Source: a bacterium ADurb.Bin212
Lineage (GTDB): Bacteria; Patescibacteriota; UBA1384; XYA2-FULL-43-10
Assembly: GCA_002070055.1 (NCBI GenBank)
Contig: MWCM01000004.1
Span: 10,257 to 74,256, forward strand
Direction of reading: 5' to 3'
DNA length: 64,000 nucleotides
Shown here piece after piece: positions 57,960 to 64,000 of this stretch; position 1 is the stretch's first letter, and each line of letters starts with the position of its first letter. A model generated the notes under the pieces. It was not told the DNA's origin. It did no database searches and was given only the letters and a program-made list of their open reading frames with translations. The translations under genes were made by a program, and so were the position numbers.

Positions 57960-57988
57960 TTGACAAATGTTTTTATATAGTGTACAAT
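57960..57988 (+). promoter_or_regulatory. near-consensus sigma70 promoter
   Basis: TTGACA, a 17-bp spacer, then TACAAT. It is about 70 bp upstream of AAAGGAG and the ATG at 58061. Confidence 0.55.
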
Positions 57989-58060
57989 GGTTTAATCATC
58001 AAAAAGATGATTGCCCATAAAATAAAAGGGCTAAAAAATTAAAAACAAAAAGGAGAAAAA

Positions 58061-58195
58061 ATGAGACGAGTTGTTGCACAGGTTGGTTCTAAGCATGTAG
58101 ATTACGAAAATCTGACTGCTATAGAGGCCACCGCCATGAGTGTAGTTGCAGTTTTAGCCGTAACTCTTGGTACCATATACGGTTCAATATTGTAA
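58061..58195 (+). CDS. small protein (44 aa) with a C-terminal hydrophobic helix; not in the ORF track because it is under 60 aa
   Basis: Ribosome-binding site AAAGGAGAAAAAATG. Sequence is MRRVVAQVGSKHVDYENLTAIEATAMSVVAVLAVTLGTIYGSIL. It is followed by a terminator. Confidence 0.45.
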   Translation: MRRVVAQVGSKHVDYENLTAIEATAMSVVAVLAVTLGTIYGSIL

Positions 58196-58217
58196 GAATA
58201 AATAATATTTGAAATCA

Positions 58218-58255
58218 CAACAAAAGATCCCTGCCACCCGGCAAGGATTTTTTGT
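58218..58255. terminator. bidirectional terminator hairpin
   Basis: gatccctgcc-accc-ggcaagggat followed by TTTTTT. The reverse complement is also followed by a T-rich run. It lies between the convergent small ORF (+) and the CsoR-like gene (-). Confidence 0.5.
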
Positions 58256-58265
58256 TGCGTAACAC

Positions 58266-58508
58266 TTATTTCTTAATGGATCTAAATATCGCCCGGAGCT
58301 GTTCTTTATTAAGCTCAATTTTGCCTTCGGATTCTATTGATAACTGGTGTTCAATAAATGAAACAACCGCAGATCCAAGTGAGGATCTTGCCGCTTCGAG
58401 TTGAATCAAAATATCCTGCTCTGGTTTGTCGGAGGCTAGCATCTCACTTATCCCCCTTACCTGCCCCTCTATTCTTTTTATGCGATTGTAAATACTTTGA
58501 TACTTCAT
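58266..58508 (-). CDS. CsoR/RcnR/FrmR-family (DUF156) transcriptional repressor-like protein; canonical metal-ligand Cys not evident
   Basis: YNRIKRIEGQVRGISEMLASDKPEQDILIQLEAARSSLGSAVVSF matches the family helix pattern. Only one His is present and no Cys. Confidence 0.55.
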   Translation of the reverse strand: MKYQSIYNRIKRIEGQVRGISEMLASDKPEQDILIQLEAARSSLGSAVVSFIEHQLSIESEGKIELNKEQLRAIFRSIKK

Positions 58509-58729
58509 TGGTGCCCATTTTTTAAATTGAAAATTGAAAATTTTAAATTAATTTATGTTGTCCCCAGACATACCCCCCTTAATCCACATTATACCCCACC
58601 CCCGTATTATTTCAAGCTGAATTAGTGCTTTACTACTTGATATATTGAAGCTTTTGTGTTATAGTTCTAAAGCTAAGTAATCCAGAGAAGGGCCACTAAG
58701 GCCTTTCTTGCATTTTAAGGAGTTAAGCC

Positions 58730-58885
58730 ATGCAGATGTCCGAAATAGCACTCCCGCCACATCTGTTGGAAGCGCTGCAGATGGTGGAGGTGGCACTATC
58801 CGGCAATGTCCCCAAAGGACAGTGCCTTGTGGTGCTGGAAAACGGCACCGTAAGCAGAACAACCAACGAGGAAGAAGCGGCCTAA
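58730..58885 (+). CDS. small GC-rich protein (51 aa) with a strong ribosome-binding site and terminator; not in the ORF track
   Basis: TAAGGAGTTAAGCCATG. Sequence is MQMSEIALPPHLLEALQMVEVALSGNVPKGQCLVVLENGTVSRTTNEEEAA. Local GC is ~55% against a ~35% background. A GC-stem hairpin gtccgcggc-cccga-gccgcggac follows at 58909-58935. Confidence 0.4.
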   Translation: MQMSEIALPPHLLEALQMVEVALSGNVPKGQCLVVLENGTVSRTTNEEEAA

Positions 58886-58967
58886 AAACCGCATCTTACT
58901 TCAAGAGCGTACTGAAAAGTCCGCGGCCCCGAGCCGCGGACTTCGCACTTTAGTACATGTAATTATA

Positions 58968-60194
58968 TTATCCCAATAGATCCGGCTTTATTGCCAAAAT
59001 CAAACCTATAGTAATAATCAAGATACCGCCAACCAATTTCATCCATCGATCATATTTATTATTCAAATGAACATAGTTCATGGTGGTGGCAGCAATTACA
59101 AAAACAATAATATCATCTGCCATATAAAGCGTGTTATAAAGACCTAAATATAAGTAATACTGCCACTGAGGCAAATTGTTAATTGATAAAATTTGGGTAT
59201 AAATAACCGGCAGGCCCAAAGAGCAAACCATCTCAACCAGATTTACAGAGAAAGCTATCGCTACGACCCCGACAATAATTAACCAAGCTGAGTTCTGAGA
59301 AGCCACCTTTTTCATTTTCTCCATTAGGCCTTTTTGCTGTTTGGCATTGGTTACCTTGCAGACCCCAGGTTTATAGGTGATGAAATCTCTAATATAGGCG
59401 GCTCCAGCAAATAAAGCCAAAGCACCGATAAGATAACGTAGCCAGACGATAAAAGTGAGTAGCTGAAAGGTGTTTAGATAGAAAGCCATAAATAGATAGT
59501 AGATGAGCCACGATGAAATTATAAAAACGCCGCCGATAAGACGGATTTTTCTTTTGTCTTCGGTTGCCAAGAGAATGGTAACTAAGGCGATTAGTGCCCA
59601 CATGGCGCAAGGGTTAAAACCATCAACAACTCCCAAGATTACTGTTAAAGCAGGCAATGAAAGAGATGAGAAATTAATGGTTTTATTTATGAGAGGAATT
59701 GTAATACTCTTCTCTTCTACCTTGTCCTCTATGCAGTAAAGATCGTAAATAGATTTCTTTATTTCAACTCCAGTCAACTCGTCTGAGGCATAGCCGATAA
59801 AAGTTTGATGGCCGACAAAAACTACCGGCACATTTTTGGCTTCAACCCCTCGTTCCGACGCCTTTTGCTTTAAGAGGTTTAGATTTTCATCATTATGCCA
59901 GACTTCATATCTTTTTATCTCTATTTCCGGGTGTTCCAAGAGCATCTCGTCCAGATATTTCTCTAAATCTTTGCAGTGACTGCACTCTTGTCCGTAATAA
60001 ACATAGATGGTTTTATCGCAATTATCGCTATGATTGGACTGGTTTCCTATAACAGTCGGCAAGGAAGACTCCGCGCACTGTTCGGAATTATCAACAGAGC
60101 AAACAGCTCCTGAATCTTGAGCAGATGCCTTCGCATTCGGTAATGCCCAAAAAAACAGAAATAATACAAATATGATAATAGCTCTTTTCGTCAT
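58968..60194 (-). CDS. thioredoxin-fold (CxxC) domain fused to a CcdA/DsbD-like transmembrane thiol-disulfide transporter domain
   Basis: Signal peptide. The extracytoplasmic domain carries YGQECSHCKDLEKYL. The TM domain has Cys in the helix (FNPCAMWALIALVTILL) and six or more TM segments. Confidence 0.55.
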   Translation of the reverse strand: MTKRAIIIFVLFLFFWALPNAKASAQDSGAVCSVDNSEQCAESSLPTVIGNQSNHSDNCDKTIYVYYGQECSHCKDLEKYLDEMLLEHPEIEIKRYEVWHNDENLNLLKQKASERGVEAKNVPVVFVGHQTFIGYASDELTGVEIKKSIYDLYCIEDKVEEKSITIPLINKTINFSSLSLPALTVILGVVDGFNPCAMWALIALVTILLATEDKRKIRLIGGVFIISSWLIYYLFMAFYLNTFQLLTFIVWLRYLIGALALFAGAAYIRDFITYKPGVCKVTNAKQQKGLMEKMKKVASQNSAWLIIVGVVAIAFSVNLVEMVCSLGLPVIYTQILSINNLPQWQYYLYLGLYNTLYMADDIIVFVIAATTMNYVHLNNKYDRWMKLVGGILIITIGLILAIKPDLLG

Positions 60195-60198
60195 GATT

Positions 60199-60945
60199 TT
60201 ATTCCAAACTTAGTAGTAAAAACATTATAACAAAGCCAGCTACCATTGATAAGAACTGGGTTAAAGATTTTGATAGATCCTGCTCTTTGTGCAATTCTGG
60301 CACTAATCCGGATAGTGAGATATAAATAAAACCGCCAGCTGTTATCGGAACAATTGAATTAACCAAATCGCTGGAAAAGGTGCCAATAGACAATACTATT
60401 ATTGCACCCAAAACCGAGAAACAAGCCGATAAGAAATTATATATTAAGGCCTTTCTTCTTGAGTAGCCAGAGTGAACCAGTACACCAAAATCACCCAGTT
60501 CTTGAGGAATCTCATGGGCGGCTACCGCGATGGCTGTTGTTAAACCAAGAGGCACAGAAACCAAAAAGCTGGCGGCAATTAGAACTCCGTCAATAAAATT
60601 GTGCACCGCGTCCCCTACTAAATTCATTGTGCCAAGATGTTTAGGGTGTTCCCTGCAGGTTACATCATGACAGTGACGCCAACGTAAAAACTTTTCTAAA
60701 GAGAAAAAAAGCAATATGCCCACAAAAATCAATATGGCCAAAGATGGAGACAACCCACCCGCCTCTTCGACCGCCTCCGGGATCAGATGAATTAAAGCGT
60801 CTCCTAATAGTGCACCGGTAGAAAAGGCCACTAAAACCATGATGACTTTTTGTAAAAGATTTTTTTTGAAAGCCAATGCAATCACACCACTAAATGAGAG
60901 CAAAGAAACAATAACAACCGCAGTTATGGGATAAAAATAGTTCAT
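60199..60945 (-). CDS. zupT: ZIP-family divalent metal transporter (ZupT-like)
   Basis: HNFIDGVLIAASF and AHEIPQELGDFGVLVHSG motifs, with 8 TM. Confidence 0.8.
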   Translation of the reverse strand: MNYFYPITAVVIVSLLSFSGVIALAFKKNLLQKVIMVLVAFSTGALLGDALIHLIPEAVEEAGGLSPSLAILIFVGILLFFSLEKFLRWRHCHDVTCREHPKHLGTMNLVGDAVHNFIDGVLIAASFLVSVPLGLTTAIAVAAHEIPQELGDFGVLVHSGYSRRKALIYNFLSACFSVLGAIIVLSIGTFSSDLVNSIVPITAGGFIYISLSGLVPELHKEQDLSKSLTQFLSMVAGFVIMFLLLSLE

Positions 60946-61027
60946 AATGATTTATCTAAATTAATTAATGCCAAAGCAACTAGATGTTAACTCTTATTTG
61001 GCAATAATTCAATAATATACTTTCGGA

Positions 61028-61783
61028 CTATCTAATTGCAGCCACCTCAACATAGCCTGAAACATTTTTAAGGGCTTGGTTTAATTCTTTTTGAGTAAAA
61101 GGTTCAAAATTAATATTACCAAGAAGGTGTTTAGACTGAACAAAGTTTTGGATGTAGAATTTTTGGGCGCCTTTAATTATTTTGCCGATCTCAACAAAAT
61201 CACCCGGCTTATGATAAGGTTTGGCAACCGTAGTGCGAAACTCATAATCAATACCGGATGACATAATCAGATTGATGCTGGATTTAATTAGGGTTTGAAG
61301 ATTATTGCTTTGAAACTTGGAATTTATTTGGGGATTGATCATTGGCAATTGGTTATTGGCGACTCTTTCGTAATTAGAAAGAGGCGCCTTAATGTCCATT
61401 GCAATATAGTCCAAATCACCGTCTTTAATAATGGTTTCTAGTCTATCGGGGAAGGAACCGTTGGTATCAAGCTTAACAGCAAAACCTAATGCTTTAATAT
61501 GAGAAACTAAACTACGAGTAGTCTCCCATAAAAGCGGTTCTCCTCCAGTAATACAGACACCTTTTAACTTGCCGATCCGCGATTCAAGGAATCTAAAAAA
61601 TTCGTTTTTATCTATTACGGGCAAAAACTGTTCAGGTAAAACCAATTCAGGGTTGTGGCAGAAACCACAACGAAAGTTGCAGCCCCGTAAAAAAACGGTG
61701 GCTGCAACTTTACCTGGGTAATCTACTAAGGTTGTCTTTTGAATTCCGGCAATTTGCATCTTGTATAAAATCTCAAGATACAA
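61028..61783 (-). CDS. nrdG: anaerobic ribonucleoside-triphosphate reductase activating protein (radical SAM)
   Basis: CNFRCGFCHN radical-SAM motif. Length is 251 aa. It is immediately downstream of nrdD. Confidence 0.85.
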   Translation of the reverse strand: MYLEILYKMQIAGIQKTTLVDYPGKVAATVFLRGCNFRCGFCHNPELVLPEQFLPVIDKNEFFRFLESRIGKLKGVCITGGEPLLWETTRSLVSHIKALGFAVKLDTNGSFPDRLETIIKDGDLDYIAMDIKAPLSNYERVANNQLPMINPQINSKFQSNNLQTLIKSSINLIMSSGIDYEFRTTVAKPYHKPGDFVEIGKIIKGAQKFYIQNFVQSKHLLGNINFEPFTQKELNQALKNVSGYVEVAAIR

Positions 61784-61895
61784 GATACAATAACCAAATA
61801 ATTTTCAATATCTAAATTCGAATATTTAAACTGTTTTTAATTTGATTATTGTAATTTGTGGTTTGTTTGTACCTTGCCTCTTGTTTATTGGATAT

Positions 61896-64000
61896 TTAAA
61901 TTAATTCTGCTTGGGCTGAGACATCAGCAATAGTGGCGGTCTCTTTAGCTTTGCTCTTGCAATCAGCCTTGATCGGAATTTTTACTGTTGACCTGTCACC
62001 AAATTCCGCCTTTTTGCCATCGTTCCATTGCTCAACGGGGCGGATGTAACCGACGATTCTGGCGTATACTTCGTTTTTGGAACCACACTCTTTGCATTCA
62101 TCAACTCTACCTGCAATATAACCATCTTTAGGACATACCGAGAAAGTCGGACTTAGTGTGAAGTATGGTAAGCGGTAATTCTGGCAAACTGTTCTAACCA
62201 AGCTCTTCATTGATTCAATGTCGCTAATCTCTTCGCCAATGAAAAGATGAACTACTGTGCCGCCGGTATATTTGACCTGTAGGTCATCTTGTAAATCCAG
62301 GACCTCGAATACGTCCTCCGAGTAGTCAACCGGTAGTTGCGAAGAGTTTGAGTAATATGGTGGAGCACCATCCTCTTCGTACTGCGCTTCGTTAGCTACC
62401 ATAATATCTGGATAGCGCTCTTTGTCTAAACGAGCCAAGCGGTGTGAAGTTCCCTCAGCCGGAGTGGCCTCCAAATTGTAGTTATTCCCAGTTTCATCTT
62501 GGTATTTAGCAATTCTTTCGCGCATAAAATCCATTACCTGCAAAGCAACTCTTTGTCCTTCGGCAGTTGCAATATCGCGGCCGATTAGATTAAGTAATGC
62601 TTCATTCATACCAATAAGACCGATTGTAGAAAAGTGGTTGCCCCAATATCTTCCATCACGTTCTTTAATATTGCGTAAATAGAATTTTGAATATGGATAA
62701 AGTCCGGCTTCAGTCATTTTCTCCAGAACTTCTCTTTTTACCTCTAGACTCTCTTTGGCCAAATCCATGATATAACCGAGGTTGTACAAAAACTCTCTAA
62801 TGTCTCTTGAGCGATAACCCAATCTCGGCAGATTGATAGTAACAACGCCTACGGAACCGGTTAAAGGATTGGCACCGAATAGACCTCCGCCCCTTTTGCG
62901 CAGCTCACGATTATCTAAACGCAATCTGCAACACATGCTTCTGGCATCTTCTGGGTTCATATCTGAGTTAATAAAGTTAGAGAAGTAAGGGATACCATAT
63001 TTTGCCGTCATCTTCCAGAGATTTTTAAGTCTCGGATTATCCCAATCAAAATCGTTAGTGATATTGTATGTTGGTATAGGAAATGTGAATACTCTACCTT
63101 TGGCGTCGCCCTCACTCACCACTTCGGCAAAAACGTCGTTAAACAGATCCATCTCTGCCTGAAAATCTTTATATGTTTCTTTTTGCGGTTTACCACCAAT
63201 TATTACCGGCTGATCTGCATATGTAGAGGGCACAGTCAAATCCAAAGTCACATTGGTGAATGGAGTTTGGAAACCGACACGGGTCGGAACATTCATGTTA
63301 AACATAAACTCCTGTAAGGCTTGTTTAACCTGTTCGCGGCTGAGTCCGTCATAGCGAATAAACGGAGCCAAAAGTGTATCAAAACTGGAGATGGCCTGGG
63401 CTCCGGCTGATTCTCCTTGTAAGGTGTAAAAAAAGTTTACCAGCTGACCAAGGGCAGTGCGGAAATGTTTAGCCGGCTTTGATTCCATTTTGCCAGGCAC
63501 ACCTTTAAAGCCCTCAGTTATTAAATCTTGCAAATCCCAACCGACACAGTAAGTGGAGAGTTTATCTAAATCATGAATATGCATGTCTCCTTCGATGGTG
63601 GCTCTTTTAATTTCAGCGGGGTAGATTTTTGTTAACCAATAAACCTTAGAGACCTCGCTGGAAACATAGTTATTTAGGCCTTGCAACGAATAAGCCATGT
63701 TTGAATTTTCCCTAACTTGCCAGTCTAAATCACCGATATATTTCTCCATTAGGTCAACTTGATCTTGCTCCGCGATAGCTCTCATGTCGGCGTGTCTTTG
63801 ACGATAAAGAATATAAGATTTCGCAGTGTTACGATACTTTGAGGCTAATAGCACTTCTTCCACCACATCCTGAATCTCCTCTACTGTAGGAATTTTTCGA
63901 CGAATTTTTTGGGGTGCCAGTTCGGCCACCTTTTTTGCCAACTTTTTGGCCACATCTTCGCCAAACTCACCACTTGCACTGCCGGCCTTGCCTATAGCTA
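61896..64000 (-). CDS. nrdD: anaerobic ribonucleoside-triphosphate reductase NrdD (5' end outside the window)
   Basis: The C-terminal Zn site CPKDGY...CKECGS and the glycyl-radical loop ARIVGYIRPV are present. The frame stays open upstream of the track start (a GTG codon at 63953) to the window edge. Confidence 0.9.
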   Translation of the reverse strand, partial: AIGKAGSASGEFGEDVAKKLAKKVAELAPQKIRRKIPTVEEIQDVVEEVLLASKYRNTAKSYILYRQRHADMRAIAEQDQVDLMEKYIGDLDWQVRENSNMAYSLQGLNNYVSSEVSKVYWLTKIYPAEIKRATIEGDMHIHDLDKLSTYCVGWDLQDLITEGFKGVPGKMESKPAKHFRTALGQLVNFFYTLQGESAGAQAISSFDTLLAPFIRYDGLSREQVKQALQEFMFNMNVPTRVGFQTPFTNVTLDLTVPSTYADQPVIIGGKPQKETYKDFQAEMDLFNDVFAEVVSEGDAKGRVFTFPIPTYNITNDFDWDNPRLKNLWKMTAKYGIPYFSNFINSDMNPEDARSMCCRLRLDNRELRKRGGGLFGANPLTGSVGVVTINLPRLGYRSRDIREFLYNLGYIMDLAKESLEVKREVLEKMTEAGLYPYSKFYLRNIKERDGRYWGNHFSTIGLIGMNEALLNLIGRDIATAEGQRVALQVMDFMRERIAKYQDETGNNYNLEATPAEGTSHRLARLDKERYPDIMVANEAQYEEDGAPPYYSNSSQLPVDYSEDVFEVLDLQDDLQVKYTGGTVVHLFIGEEISDIESMKSLVRTVCQNYRLPYFTLSPTFSVCPKDGYIAGRVDECKECGSKNEVYARIVGYIRPVEQWNDGKKAEFGDRSTVKIPIKADCKSKAKETATIADVSAQAELI

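Noticed and set aside
1-64000. CRISPR arrays, rRNA genes, alternative genetic code
   Set aside because: No short regularly spaced direct repeats were seen. No rRNA-like conserved stretches were seen. Long ORFs such as the 3440-aa gene are intact under the standard code, so TGA or TAG recoding is not indicated.

Overview
The window is AT-rich (~35% GC), gene-dense bacterial DNA read with the standard genetic code. There are no obvious TGA-recoded ORFs, because a 3440-aa ORF stays intact. The gene content suggests a monoderm with a small genome, possibly CPR/Patescibacteria-like. That content is rsmH, queH, lepA, murJ, ftsH, tilS, nrdDG, a SipW/TasA-like signal-peptidase cassette, giant surface proteins, and three CAU-anticodon tRNAs. 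This assignment is inference only.

The first ~11 kb (1..~10930) is an accessory defence/mobile island with four parts. (i) A Type I R-M operon, hsdM and then hsdS (truncated at the window edge), has a KAP-like P-loop NTPase inserted between M and S. Upstream in the same minus-strand gene string sit a PLD (HKD) nuclease and two small ORFs, and an XRE regulator is transcribed divergently from them. (ii) A large serine recombinase has its last ~45 codons present in three copies in alternating orientation (A 5521-5660 minus, B 7150-7480 plus, C 10649-10920 minus). Copies B and C additionally share a near-perfect ~220-bp GC-rich twin-hairpin module. (iii) Between copies B and C lies a compact cassette of C-protein-like HTH, REase, SPPY-type DNA methyltransferase, a 3-TM protein, and a ThsB/DUF1863-like TIR-domain protein with a Cys/His-rich tail. 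I consider this cassette and its inverted-repeat architecture the most likely uncharacterised system in the window. (iv) An APH-like kinase gene abuts copy C.

The rest of the window is mostly core genes. Among them sits a minus-strand operon headed by a membrane-anchored ClpC/ClpB-like double AAA+ protein. It continues with a MacB/FtsX-type ABC ATPase and permease, a small TM protein, a 3440-aa membrane-anchored beta-helix/FN3 surface protein and a TPR protein. A second, paralogous TPR gene and a collapsed remnant of the giant gene lie upstream of the ABC genes. The giant gene also carries a ~225-bp internal near-identical tandem repeat. Two sub-60-aa ORFs with good expression signals (58061-58195 and 58730-58885) are missing from the ORF track. 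No rRNA or CRISPR array was seen.
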